IMG/VR virus record: IMGVR_UViG_3300027759_000043
Origin: a virus
Lineage: Duplodnaviria > Caudoviricetes
Direction: 5' to 3' (one strand)
Length of the DNA stretch: 64,000 nucleotides
The notes under the pieces were generated by a model. That model saw only the letters and a list, made by a program, of their open reading frames with translations. It was not told where the DNA came from and did not search any database. Shown here piece after piece: positions 1 to 8,323 of the stretch (the stretch's first letter is position 1; the number at the start of each line of letters is the position of its first letter). The translations under genes and the position numbers were made by a program.

Positions 1-699
1 TACCGGCGGAGTTTTATCAAACGGCCAGGCTGCTGCAACTTCTTCTTCATGTTTATCAGATTCTTCGTTAAGTTCATTCTCAAAGGGCCATTTAGCTACT
101 TGTTCATTAACAAGTGCTTCTAATTGTGCTTTCATTTCTTCATCGCCGAGAGGAGTGCCTACGTTTTCATCGTCATCTTCTTCTACTTCCTCGTCCTCTA
201 TCTTAGCCCACTTTGCTTTGTTGGCAGCATCCTTTGCGGCTTCCTCAACACCCACTTCTGTTAATTCAGTAGCACTATCACACATGGGGCAAATCTTGAT
301 TGGATCATCTATCTCATTACCATCACTATCTACCCAAGACCATGCAGCATCATACTGTGTTCCAGTCCATTTACACTTAGTACACTTGTGAGTAACAGGA
401 GACACATAATCTTCATGCACTTTCCATTCTTCTACTTTATAGGTAACTTCATACCCACCTTTACGATCAGTCCACCAATCATCTTCATTGAGATAATCCC
501 ATTCAATGTCAACATCATTGTTCCATGCTTCATTGAGTACTTCTTCAACATCTTCCTCACCTGATTCTAGTTGAGCAAGTTTTGCTTCAATAGCATCTTC
601 ATCCAATTCAGGATAAATTTCAGCTAACATGTCAGCATCAATTTCAATGCCATATCGTTTCTCTACTTGATGCCATTCACTTTTAACTACTGATACCAT
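1..699 (-). CDS. Acidic hypothetical protein with Zn-ribbon (partial, runs off window)
   Basis: Manually translated open frame from ATG 699 (MVSVVKSEWHQ...) to the window edge; CTKC and CPMC pairs; very D/E rich. Not in the ORF track. Confidence 0.75.
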   Translation of the reverse strand, partial: MVSVVKSEWHQVEKRYGIEIDADMLAEIYPELDEDAIEAKLAQLESGEEDVEEVLNEAWNNDVDIEWDYLNEDDWWTDRKGGYEVTYKVEEWKVHEDYVSPVTHKCTKCKWTGTQYDAAWSWVDSDGNEIDDPIKICPMCDSATELTEVGVEEAAKDAANKAKWAKIEDEEVEEDDDENVGTPLGDEEMKAQLEALVNEQVAKWPFENELNEESDKHEEEVAAAWPFDKTPPV

Positions 700-702
700 G
701 AT

Positions 703-888
703 TTACTCCAAAGAAATTTTTAACTGACCTTCGTTATAGATGTGCAAAGCACCTGCTACTTCTGGAGTAGTACATTCTACAACAACTCTGCGTTGACCGT
801 CAAGTGTATCAAATACTGATACAACGATACCGGGCCATTTGTAACCACTAACTTTTTCTACTTTATCACCTACTGCTAATAATGCCAT
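703..888 (-). CDS. SH3-fold protein resembling type II dihydrofolate reductase (DfrB/R67 family)
   Basis: GDKVEKVSGYKWPGIVV...VVE...GALHIY...L aligns by eye with R67 GDRVRKKSGAAWQGQIV...AVE...GSVQIY...L. Confidence 0.6.
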   Translation of the reverse strand: MALLAVGDKVEKVSGYKWPGIVVSVFDTLDGQRRVVVECTTPEVAGALHIYNEGQLKISLE

Positions 889-913
889 ACTATACTCCTA
901 ATGAATCATTATA

Positions 914-2263
914 TCACTTATCGTCACGGAAACGAACGAATCTGGGAAAGCGCAAGCTATAGCTACCGTCTTGATTTTGAGTAATCACATCGCACAATAT
1001 TTCACAAGTTTTACCAATAACCAAATTACGGTCACGCCATAACTCATCTCTATCAGTATCACTAAAGCCGCTACCCACATTGACTGTGATAAACTTGGCA
1101 TCATCATCGCCGGCGCAAACAAGTGCTCCAAGTCTTCCTTTATTTCTACCAGTACCTTCTTCAACACCGATGACCTCCAAATCTACAGTAATCGTAGGTT
1201 TCCATTTCATCCAATCTGTACTACGCTTACAGATATATGGAGCATTCATTTCTTTAATCATAATGCCTTCAAATCCAGCATTAACATTATCCTTAGCATA
1301 ACGCTCAAGTTGATCCTTACCTGCCGCGGTATCAAGGTCAACCATGATATGTGGAAGTAATTCAACGTTGGGCATGTTTTCAATTACTGGACGCATAGCA
1401 TCAAGTAAATCAATACGTTTACTTAGTTGAGCATTCCAATGTCCTCTACGGAAATCTTGTAGTGGAATAATATCAAAGATATTGAATACACTATCTTCTG
1501 CTTGAACATTATCCTTACGCCGTGCCTGGCGCATTAGTTCTTGGAATGTATGTCCAATCACTTCACCGTCAAGTACAAAGCCATTAACAAGACTACGCCC
1601 CTGATCTACCTTGTTAGTAGCACGAACCATCTTGACCCAATTCTCACGAATCTGGTCTTCAATGTGAGTAAAGTTCTCAAACACTTTACCATTACGGCTG
1701 AAACACATAACAGTAGTATCGCCAAAGTCACTGAGTATTACTGTAAACAACGCACGAACGCCATCAAGTTTAGGCTCAAGGCGTTTCATACCTTTCATCT
1801 CAGGACGACCTTCACTATTAGTTGCTAGTTGACAACCAAACATTGGGACTTCATAAGCTGAACCCTTACAGATTTTATTAATTGTTTTATCTGATACACC
1901 AGCACGAAGGTCTCTGCGTAATACAGGAGCAAGGAATGTATTCCATTCATCACTATCAAAACGTTCAGCTAAACTTTGTACTGCGTCACGGGCAGCATGA
2001 CCAGTCAACCTGCGCTGACTAAGTTGTAGCATCAATTCATTAAAATCATCCCACGGATTTTCGGCATCAATAATACCAACTGTATCGGGTATTTGTTTAA
2101 CACCAAATGTCACGTAAGGATTATAACAGGCTTTAGTGAATGATAGAAAATTGATAGAATTTGTGCTACCAAGGACACTTGCCTCTAATGCTTGTTTAAT
2201 TACATCTTCTTTATGAAGGCGGCTATCACTCTCGTTTAGTTTACGAATCCAACTAGCTGACAT
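914..2263 (-). CDS. lig: ATP-dependent DNA ligase
   Basis: EPKLDGVR (KxDG adenylation motif), LDGEV, EGIMIK, WMKWK, SLRFPRF OB-fold motif. Confidence 0.96.
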   Translation of the reverse strand: MSASWIRKLNESDSRLHKEDVIKQALEASVLGSTNSINFLSFTKACYNPYVTFGVKQIPDTVGIIDAENPWDDFNELMLQLSQRRLTGHAARDAVQSLAERFDSDEWNTFLAPVLRRDLRAGVSDKTINKICKGSAYEVPMFGCQLATNSEGRPEMKGMKRLEPKLDGVRALFTVILSDFGDTTVMCFSRNGKVFENFTHIEDQIRENWVKMVRATNKVDQGRSLVNGFVLDGEVIGHTFQELMRQARRKDNVQAEDSVFNIFDIIPLQDFRRGHWNAQLSKRIDLLDAMRPVIENMPNVELLPHIMVDLDTAAGKDQLERYAKDNVNAGFEGIMIKEMNAPYICKRSTDWMKWKPTITVDLEVIGVEEGTGRNKGRLGALVCAGDDDAKFITVNVGSGFSDTDRDELWRDRNLVIGKTCEILCDVITQNQDGSYSLRFPRFVRFRDDK

Positions 2264-2271
2264 TTTATTTC

Positions 2272-2484
2272 CTATTTAAGTTTATGTTTAGTAGATTGTA
2301 CAGCACGTTCGGTGCATTCGTCAACTACTTCGGGTGGTACATTTTCGTAATCAGATAGGTCAGCACATTGGTATTCTATAATTACCGAATTAGGATCGTC
2401 AGGATTCATGCAGTCCGGATCTACTCTAATCCAAAACATTACAACAATAACTGACAACCCTACGATAATTACATTTTTCAACAT
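2272..2484 (-). CDS. Hypothetical protein with N-terminal hydrophobic anchor
   Basis: ORF in tightly packed co-oriented run; hydrophobic N-terminus. Confidence 0.7.
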   Translation of the reverse strand: MLKNVIIVGLSVIVVMFWIRVDPDCMNPDDPNSVIIEYQCADLSDYENVPPEVVDECTERAVQSTKHKLK

Positions 2485-2492
2485 AACATTAT

Positions 2493-2843
2493 TTATGTCT
2501 TTACTAAACTTAGTTTTTCTTCTTTCAAGATTTTAACCATTTGCTTATTGCGTTCATCTTGTTCTTTGCGTTCACGCTTTTTGTCAAGGTTCCGATCAAT
2601 AGCCATACGGTCGTATTCTCGTGCCCATAACACACCTTGCATAAACCTGTCGGCATGTTCTAATGAGCCAGCAAATAATATAGCATCACGGCTGTAGATA
2701 GGCAATGCGTCTTTATCTTTTGGCACTAATGCCACATGCTCGCCATACATGTCATCATGCTTGTAAGCAGTAAATTTCATGCCAAGACCATCCGCTCGTT
2801 CTTCTAACTTACGAATTTGTGTAATTGTATTCCAGCCTGCCAT
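2493..2843 (-). CDS. Hypothetical protein
   Basis: ORF track; abuts neighbours. Confidence 0.75.
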   Translation of the reverse strand: MAGWNTITQIRKLEERADGLGMKFTAYKHDDMYGEHVALVPKDKDALPIYSRDAILFAGSLEHADRFMQGVLWAREYDRMAIDRNLDKKRERKEQDERNKQMVKILKEEKLSLVKT

Positions 2844-2844
2844 A

Positions 2845-3213
2845 TTAACCTTTCAGTGTTTCCCAAATATATTCTTTTTCCATCTTCTCTACAAACTTAG
2901 TCCTGATACCACCAGTGTCACTCAACCAATTAGATACATGATCTTTGGTACCCCAACTATGTATGGGAACTATTGGATCAGTAGTTAACCATTTAACTAT
3001 CTCATAGATAGCATGACGATTTGCCGTATCCGCACTAGTCACCGCGCCGTACAAATTGTTAGTAAGGACACTCGTAAGAAAACCACCGGGTTCATAGCCC
3101 CTGAGAAAATAATCATCCAATGCTTCTTTTGTATGATCCGGGATAGAGATTTCCCCTAACCGGCGATTACCAGTACTAAACTCTAGACTTGGAAACAATG
3201 ACAGTTTAGACAT
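2845..3213 (-). CDS. Hypothetical protein
   Basis: ORF track; abuts neighbours. Confidence 0.75.
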   Translation of the reverse strand: MSKLSLFPSLEFSTGNRRLGEISIPDHTKEALDDYFLRGYEPGGFLTSVLTNNLYGAVTSADTANRHAIYEIVKWLTTDPIVPIHSWGTKDHVSNWLSDTGGIRTKFVEKMEKEYIWETLKG

Positions 3214-3215
3214 AA

Positions 3216-3305
3216 TTAATCACAAAATAAAATTAACAAGGCTAATAGTAGAGCAAGGCCAACATGCCCATATATAATCAAAACAATAACCGCTATCCAA
3301 GCCAT
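3216..3305 (-). CDS. 29-aa hydrophobic membrane peptide
   Basis: MAWIAVIVLIIYGHVGLALLLALLILFCD; fills the gap between co-oriented genes. Confidence 0.55.
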   Translation of the reverse strand: MAWIAVIVLIIYGHVGLALLLALLILFCD

Positions 3306-3307
3306 TA

Positions 3308-3436
3308 TTATTTTACCTGCTCTTGTGCTATTGATTTTACTTTGTTAACACCACTGTCAACCATTCTAATGATTCCGTTAACTCCGCTACCAGAAATAAC
3401 GATACCAAATATTAGTCCTAAAATAAAGTTTTTCAT
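3308..3436 (-). CDS. 42-aa small membrane protein
   Basis: MKNFILGLIFGIVISGSGVNG...; ATGA overlap with upstream ORF. Confidence 0.6.
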   Translation of the reverse strand: MKNFILGLIFGIVISGSGVNGIIRMVDSGVNKVKSIAQEQVK

Positions 3437-3579
3437 TTTGCGTTTGGTTTAATCCAAGTTGACATAACATCAGTACCTTGTTTGACATCTTCGCCAACAC
3501 CACGTACTGCTCCCGCTACTGTACTACATCCTGAGATAAAAGTCAATAGCAACATTCCCAATACCAATTTCATTTTCAT
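3433..3579 (-). CDS. Small lipoprotein, entericidin EcnA/B-like
   Basis: MKMKLVLGMLLLTFISG-CSTVAGAVRGVGEDVKQG...: lipobox followed by amphipathic helix; ATGA overlaps at both ends. Confidence 0.65.
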   Translation of the reverse strand: MKMKLVLGMLLLTFISGCSTVAGAVRGVGEDVKQGTDVMSTWIKPNAK

Positions 3580-4217
3580 ACGATTACCTTTACACGGTTA
3601 AGTTGAGTAGTATTATCACGGTGTGCTTTGACAGTTCCATAAATATCAAACTGCTTGCCCACTTCTAGTTGTTGTTTGTACGCAAAGAACAACACTTGGT
3701 CATCACTAGTAATACCAGTAATGTAATGTGTATTCCAAGTTTGCGAGAATACGGATTTGAGTACCTCGATAGAAGGAGACACTTTGTCACCTACACTACC
3801 GATCAATCCACCCTTAGCGAATGCTATACGCTGGTCCACTGTTTGACGTTTAACGCCGCGCTCGTAGCCTGAAGGCAGACTAGTAATTACAGCAATATCA
3901 AACCCGGTATCAATAGTATCACGATTAGCAAGTAGCATTGCGGTGTTGTCAAAATCAGACAACTTGATACCTTTAAGGATTTTGAATGTATATGCTTGAT
4001 AGAATTTGCGAACCTCTTTACCTTGTTCACGATCCTCGTCGGTGATCTTTGAAGTGTCGGCAAGATATTGCGTTACTAAATTGCGGTTTGTTTGCCCTGC
4101 GGGAGCATCTTCACTAACCTTTATATAGCCCTTATTAAGGCGTTGTGCCATACAAGCGGCAGCCCACACATCATCGGCGTTAAGATTGAGGGGAGCAGGT
4201 TTTTGATAGCGAGACAT
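3576..4217 (-). CDS. Hypothetical protein, probable C-terminal OB-fold
   Basis: C-terminus FDIYGTVKAHRDNTTQLNRVKV resembles an OB-fold beta pattern. Confidence 0.6.
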   Translation of the reverse strand: MSRYQKPAPLNLNADDVWAAACMAQRLNKGYIKVSEDAPAGQTNRNLVTQYLADTSKITDEDREQGKEVRKFYQAYTFKILKGIKLSDFDNTAMLLANRDTIDTGFDIAVITSLPSGYERGVKRQTVDQRIAFAKGGLIGSVGDKVSPSIEVLKSVFSQTWNTHYITGITSDDQVLFFAYKQQLEVGKQFDIYGTVKAHRDNTTQLNRVKVIV

Positions 4218-4232
4218 TACAATTCCTTTAGT

Positions 4233-4430
4233 TTATAGATTTTCACCAGATACTGTATCAATGGCACCAGTGTAGACAGCAATGACCCCGTGTGCTCCTG
4301 TTGAGTTAAAGAACTCCACATATTCAATAGCATCCTGATAGGTAGTAAACTCACGCTCAGTCAGGACCTTATGGTCATTGATATGACCTTCATATACAGG
4401 GTGCATTTGAACATTATATACGATTGCCAT
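4233..4430 (-). CDS. Hypothetical protein
   Basis: ORF with AGGA-like SD (AAAGGAA). Confidence 0.7.
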   Translation of the reverse strand: MAIVYNVQMHPVYEGHINDHKVLTEREFTTYQDAIEYVEFFNSTGAHGVIAVYTGAIDTVSGENL

Positions 4431-4440
4431 AATTTACTCC

Positions 4441-4668
4441 TTACACAGTTTCAGCGTTAAGTTTAGCAACACGCATTGCCTTGAGATTTGATTCAGTAGC
4501 GCAAAGTCGGACACTACATTCACGGCCGTTTTCGTGCATATATGTAACATCAATCCAGGGCACAACTTGATTAGCAGCGTTGAGATTGAGACAAATATTA
4601 TAGATATAACCTGACAGGCTGCCGGCAGCACTAGTCCAAGAAATGGGATCGTTGATATTGAGATTCAT
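4441..4668 (-). CDS. Hypothetical early protein
   Basis: Directly downstream of consensus sigma70 promoter and GGAG SD. Confidence 0.75.
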   Translation of the reverse strand: MNLNINDPISWTSAAGSLSGYIYNICLNLNAANQVVPWIDVTYMHENGRECSVRLCATESNLKAMRVAKLNAETV

Positions 4669-4701
4669 AATTAACTCCGTTTGTTTACTGTCTAAGATTC
4701 T

Positions 4702-4730
4702 ATTATATACCCAAAACCATTTATTGTCAA
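4702..4730 (-). promoter_or_regulatory. Sigma70-type early promoter
   Basis: TTGACA-17 nt-TATAAT on minus strand. Confidence 0.9.
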
Positions 4731-4739
4731 GCCTAGGCC

Positions 4740-4997
4740 TTAAGCAAACTCGTAAAATTTGACTTTGGGATCCAGTTTTTGTAGTTCTTTTGCCGCTTTT
4801 GACAGGGAATTGTACTTTGCGTTGACCTGACTACGGGACAATTCACCATCACAGGTCAAGTTTTCTGGGCTGAGGTCGCTGTCCAAACAATCGGCAATTT
4901 CCTGACGACCTTCGGCAGTTTTAATCTCATATTGCTTACCCTTAAAGATAGCGTTCCAACGATTTTTCTGGTCTATGTATTTTTGCAATGCTGACAT
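4740..4997 (-). CDS. Hypothetical early protein
   Basis: Directly downstream of consensus promoter and GGAG SD. Confidence 0.8.
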   Translation of the reverse strand: MSALQKYIDQKNRWNAIFKGKQYEIKTAEGRQEIADCLDSDLSPENLTCDGELSRSQVNAKYNSLSKAAKELQKLDPKVKFYEFA

Positions 4998-5030
4998 AAA
5001 TAACTCCGTTTGTTAACTGTTTAAGTCTCT

Positions 5031-5059
5031 ATTATAGACCCAAAACCATTTAATGTCAA
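5031..5059 (-). promoter_or_regulatory. Sigma70-type early promoter (near copy of 4702-4730)
   Basis: TTGACA-TTAAATGGTTTTGGGTC-TATAAT. Confidence 0.9.
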
Positions 5060-5076
5060 CCTTTTTTTACCCGTGG

Positions 5077-5100
5077 AAATGCCCCATTTTTGGGGCATTT
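5077..5100 (-). terminator. Probable intrinsic terminator hairpin
   Basis: AAATGCCCCA-TTTT-TGGGGCATTT perfect 10-bp hairpin just after ORF 5112-5384. Confidence 0.6.
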
Positions 5101-5111
5101 TGGGGCTAGAA

Positions 5112-5384
5112 TTACTTCTTAGTTGTATTTTGGTTTACAAAACCATACATCTTTTCAGCAGTTTCCAAAATCTTATCTAGACCTGGAAATTGTGGCATAT
5201 CAACTTTAGTAACTACTTGTCCAGTCTTCTCATCACGAGCAACTGACATTTCCCAACCTCTAAATTTAGAGTGGAATTCTTCGCTAACTAGGCCTTTGGC
5301 CATATCTAGAATTTCGGTACGGATTTCGTAACCGTTCTTGTTGAATTTTACTTCGGGTAATTTTGGTGTATCAAATTGTGACAT
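5112..5384 (-). CDS. Hypothetical protein
   Basis: ORF with GGAG SD. Confidence 0.8.
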   Translation of the reverse strand: MSQFDTPKLPEVKFNKNGYEIRTEILDMAKGLVSEEFHSKFRGWEMSVARDEKTGQVVTKVDMPQFPGLDKILETAEKMYGFVNQNTTKK

Positions 5385-5424
5385 ATTAATCTCCTTGTGT
5401 TAATGTCGGTGTGTGTGAACTAGC

Positions 5425-5670
5425 TTATTTTTTCGCAGTCTTTGCCTTGACTGTTTCGTCCTCACTATGAGGATAAATTGTTTTGCTCATGCTGTCGGCA
5501 GCATAAGACAACATCTCTATTGTATTCTTTGCTAGCATTTTAGCAAAGATTGTTTGGGCATCTATAAAGTCGTTGGCAACCTTATTTAATCTCTCGTCTT
5601 TGAAAATTTGATTAGTAGCCATCCTTTTTGAGGTCTGGAACATTTCTATATAAAAATCAGGTGTAAACAT
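5425..5670 (-). CDS. Hypothetical helical protein
   Basis: ORF preceded by TAAATA late-promoter-like motif. Confidence 0.75.
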   Translation of the reverse strand: MFTPDFYIEMFQTSKRMATNQIFKDERLNKVANDFIDAQTIFAKMLAKNTIEMLSYAADSMSKTIYPHSEDETVKAKTAKK

Positions 5671-5702
5671 AATGGATCCTTTGAATGTATGTTATTTAGT
5701 TT

Positions 5703-5837
5703 TTAGATCCAGCCCTTAAAGTCAGACATAATAAGTTTACGTGCGCCTTTATGATCTCCGTTGTGTGCTAATGTTGAGGCTGCTCTTGCCTGTCTCATAG
5801 CACCAAAAAAATTGTATATTGCTTTTAATATTTGCAT
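5703..5837 (-). CDS. 44-aa hypothetical protein
   Basis: Manual translation MQILKAIYNFFGAMRQARAAS...KGWI. Confidence 0.55.
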   Translation of the reverse strand: MQILKAIYNFFGAMRQARAASTLAHNGDHKGARKLIMSDFKGWI

Positions 5838-5839
5838 GA

Positions 5840-6013
5840 TTACCATCCTCTACCAGATTGTTGTATTTCAAATTGACGGGTGAGACGGTCTACATCACAT
5901 GCATTTTGTGGTGCATGTCTAACAATGTATTCTTCTAACGCAGAGCCATACGTCTGTGGTCTGCCAAAGTTATTGATTAGGCTACAAAAATAGCCCGCTA
6001 AGTGGTTTAACAT
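5840..6013 (-). CDS. 57-aa hypothetical protein
   Basis: Manual translation MLNHLAGYFCSL...QSGRGW; GGAG SD. Confidence 0.6.
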   Translation of the reverse strand: MLNHLAGYFCSLINNFGRPQTYGSALEEYIVRHAPQNACDVDRLTRQFEIQQSGRGW

Positions 6014-6068
6014 ATATTCTCCGTGTAAGTGTGTTAAAGAGTTTTTAAAACAGAACTCTTAACTGTAT

Positions 6069-6371
6069 TTATACAATTGTATAGGTTTCTCTATATTTTA
6101 GCAAGGCTTTTGCTCTGGAAAGGGCTAACCTAACAGTTACATAATCAGATAATGGTTGATCATCTGAATCTGTAACAGTTTCATCTACATAGTAAACCTT
6201 AGGACGACCATATGCACGATGATAGTCCAATTCTTCTGGACCACCATCGTCATCATCTTCCTCTATTATTGTATTACTTAGTTGCGGGCGCTGCTGGCTT
6301 TGCAGGCTCAACTTTAGCTGGCGCTTTTTCGTCTTTGGCAGGTGTAGCTGACTTAGCACTTTTGGTGGCAT
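6069..6371 (-). CDS. Hypothetical protein (start uncertain)
   Basis: C-terminal two thirds looks protein-like; N-terminus overlaps the neighbouring gene. Confidence 0.35.
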   Translation of the reverse strand: MPPKVLSQLHLPKTKKRQLKLSLQSQQRPQLSNTIIEEDDDDGGPEELDYHRAYGRPKVYYVDETVTDSDDQPLSDYVTVRLALSRAKALLKYRETYTIV

Positions 6372-6543
6372 CAGCTTTCTTGTCCTCCTTCTTCTTGGCT
6401 AACTTCATTTCTTCCTTAGCTGGAGCAGCAGGAGCAGAAGCAGTTACAGCGGGAGCAGCAGGCGCCGCTGGAGTCTTGGCAGGCTCAGTTGCAAAAGCAG
6501 CAGTAGTTACCAAAGTAGCGATAAGAGTAGCGATTGTTTTCAT
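6274..6543 (-). CDS. Exported Ala/Pro/Lys-rich low-complexity protein
   Basis: True start MKTIATLIATLVTTAAFA (signal peptide) at 6543 with AAGGA SD; PAAPA repeats. Confidence 0.75.
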   Translation of the reverse strand: MKTIATLIATLVTTAAFATEPAKTPAAPAAPAVTASAPAAPAKEEMKLAKKKEDKKADATKSAKSATPAKDEKAPAKVEPAKPAAPATK

Positions 6544-6786
6544 TTGAAGTTTCCTTTTAGTGTTAATGAAATTTATGCTTGACAGCATCATCTTTAAGTT
6601 TACAACGACATGTACGCCTTTCATCACAATTGGATAATCTCCAATCGTAACTAGTGGGCAAATACTGTTCCTGAAACGGTTCGGTTTTATCCTTTTTCGT
6701 GTCATCGTAGTAATCAGATTGATTATTGTCTCGCATGCATATATAACGCGGTAGCCCATGGATCCGTTGACAAGACTAAATACTAA

Positions 6787-7281
6787 ATGCGTTTACAATA
6801 TATATCTTATCAGGGCATCTACGACGGTACTAATTTTGAGGATGCTGCTACTCCAAAACAAATAACCAAATCCATGAATGCTGGGTTCAGCACAATGGTA
6901 AATGTTTGGCGTGAAAGTGGAATATTGTATTTGGGTGTAACTCAACCCATAACTCAAGTAACCGAAAAATACTTACAAGGTCCTAGATTTTGGTTAAATG
7001 CTATGAATACTGAGATGCAAGATTGGATTGTAACTCAGCCAAGTAAGTTATATCCAAATTACTTTTGGTTCCCAACTGATACAGAAAATACCCCGGTTAC
7101 AGCAAGTAATGGGAAGATCATTACTCCTGGAACAGTTGCTATAAACAATAGTAGTGTTATCTTTCTACCCGAGATACAGGATAGAGGAATGTTTAGTACA
7201 GTACACCTAAAATGTTTTGGTGTATGTAGTAATTACTTGTCTTTTATTAAACGTATGCGTAATGAAGGTGAGTGGTATTAA
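6787..7281 (+). CDS. Glycerophosphodiester-phosphodiesterase-like TIM-barrel protein, degenerate active site
   Basis: ISYQG...AGFSTMVNVW...LYLGVT pattern matches the ISHRG...GFDVEIDVW...LYLGHD family; TAAATA upstream. Confidence 0.5.
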   Translation: MRLQYISYQGIYDGTNFEDAATPKQITKSMNAGFSTMVNVWRESGILYLGVTQPITQVTEKYLQGPRFWLNAMNTEMQDWIVTQPSKLYPNYFWFPTDTENTPVTASNGKIITPGTVAINNSSVIFLPEIQDRGMFSTVHLKCFGVCSNYLSFIKRMRNEGEWY

Positions 7282-7451
7282 CCACCGCGACCTGCTCTAC
7301 GTGTAACATTTGCCCCACCAAATCCCTTAGTGTTTGCTTTAGGTCCTTGACTTTTAGGAGCCTTGCCTAATCCAGGATTTGCTGCATTTTTCTTTTTAGC
7401 TTCTTGTGCCATTGCTATGAATGGATTCTTGCTTTTCTTTTCTTCTGTCAT
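7278..7451 (-). CDS. 57-aa basic protein
   Basis: Manual translation MTEEKKSKNPFIAM...RRAGRGG; ATGA overlap with upstream gene. Confidence 0.65.
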   Translation of the reverse strand: MTEEKKSKNPFIAMAQEAKKKNAANPGLGKAPKSQGPKANTKGFGGANVTRRAGRGG

Positions 7452-7837
7452 TGTCGTGTCCTCACTGATTCTAAATAACTTTCAATATCACCATATAGTG
7501 CTAGCATCATTGCTATCTTACTATCGTATAGTCTTATGAAAGGTTCTTTTGTTTCTCCACCTTTATTTACACTAAAGTAATATGGACATTTAATTTTCCT
7601 ATTACATTCAGTTATAAACTTATACCAATTGGTTCTTTTAACTTTAACAGGTAGGTCAAAATATTCTATTTGTGCTTCTTTGAATTTTATATCCCCCTGT
7701 GGCGTCAGGCGTAGGCTGTCACCTGATTTGGTGAACCACCAATCACTTATGATTGTCTCAATTGGGATATTGTTGCTAGGCAGTTGATCCATAACTGCTC
7801 TAGTGATAGTGTATTTTAGTTTTTTTCTATCACTCAT
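7448..7837 (-). CDS. Conserved phage hypothetical protein (homolog of 45931-46290)
   Basis: WW...LRLT..G, CPYY/DPYF, IRLY/IEFY, LYGD shared; start revised to MSDRKK. Confidence 0.8.
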   Translation of the reverse strand: MSDRKKLKYTITRAVMDQLPSNNIPIETIISDWWFTKSGDSLRLTPQGDIKFKEAQIEYFDLPVKVKRTNWYKFITECNRKIKCPYYFSVNKGGETKEPFIRLYDSKIAMMLALYGDIESYLESVRTRQ

Positions 7838-8123
7838 CTGGGTACACAGTAGTACCATTATTCATAAACACTACAGTAAATTTATCTGTTTTAAATTGTG
7901 TGTTTAGTTTGCGACAAAGATTACGTGCATGTCCAGGATTACTGAAACTTGTTTTCTTGTATTTAGGAGTAGCATCTGGATCTTGATAGTGTTGTGACTT
8001 TAAGTTAATAGGTTGGCCATCATAGAATACAGCCCAAATACCCGATGCTTCCACAATTTGGTCACACTTGTACGTAACCTTATCTACAAGTTCTAACAAA
8101 ATTTTTGGTTGTGATCTACTCAT
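7830..8123 (-). CDS. Conserved phage protein (homolog of 45645-45941)
   Basis: GIWAVF, PINLK, PKYKK.SFSN.GHA.NL.RKLN.QFKTDKFTVV shared. Confidence 0.85.
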   Translation of the reverse strand: MSRSQPKILLELVDKVTYKCDQIVEASGIWAVFYDGQPINLKSQHYQDPDATPKYKKTSFSNPGHARNLCRKLNTQFKTDKFTVVFMNNGTTVYPDE

Positions 8124-8323
8124 TAAAATTTACCTCCGACTAATTCAACTTGAATAACTTCGGAAGTATTCTTCTTTCCCTCAGTACTTTCATAGTGATC
8201 TACCAATAGTTTAGCTAATTCATCACGTAGGCCGCGGGCATCACTTAATGTAATAACCACATCTTTACCCTGTCTACTCTCAATACTAGCTACCCTATCA
8301 ATAAATCGTTTGATATGAATCAT
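8123..8323 (-). CDS. Conserved phage protein (homolog of 45392-45601)
   Basis: HI.RFID......R, DA..L, KLL, I.VE.VG shared. Confidence 0.8.
   Translation of the reverse strand: MIHIKRFIDRVASIESRQGKDVVITLSDARGLRDELAKLLVDHYESTEGKKNTSEVIQVELVGGKF

Noticed and set aside
5112-6013. Phasin/PHA-associated and DUF3563-like assignments for small ORFs
   Set aside because: Only a vague amphipathic resemblance; no diagnostic motif I can defend without a search.
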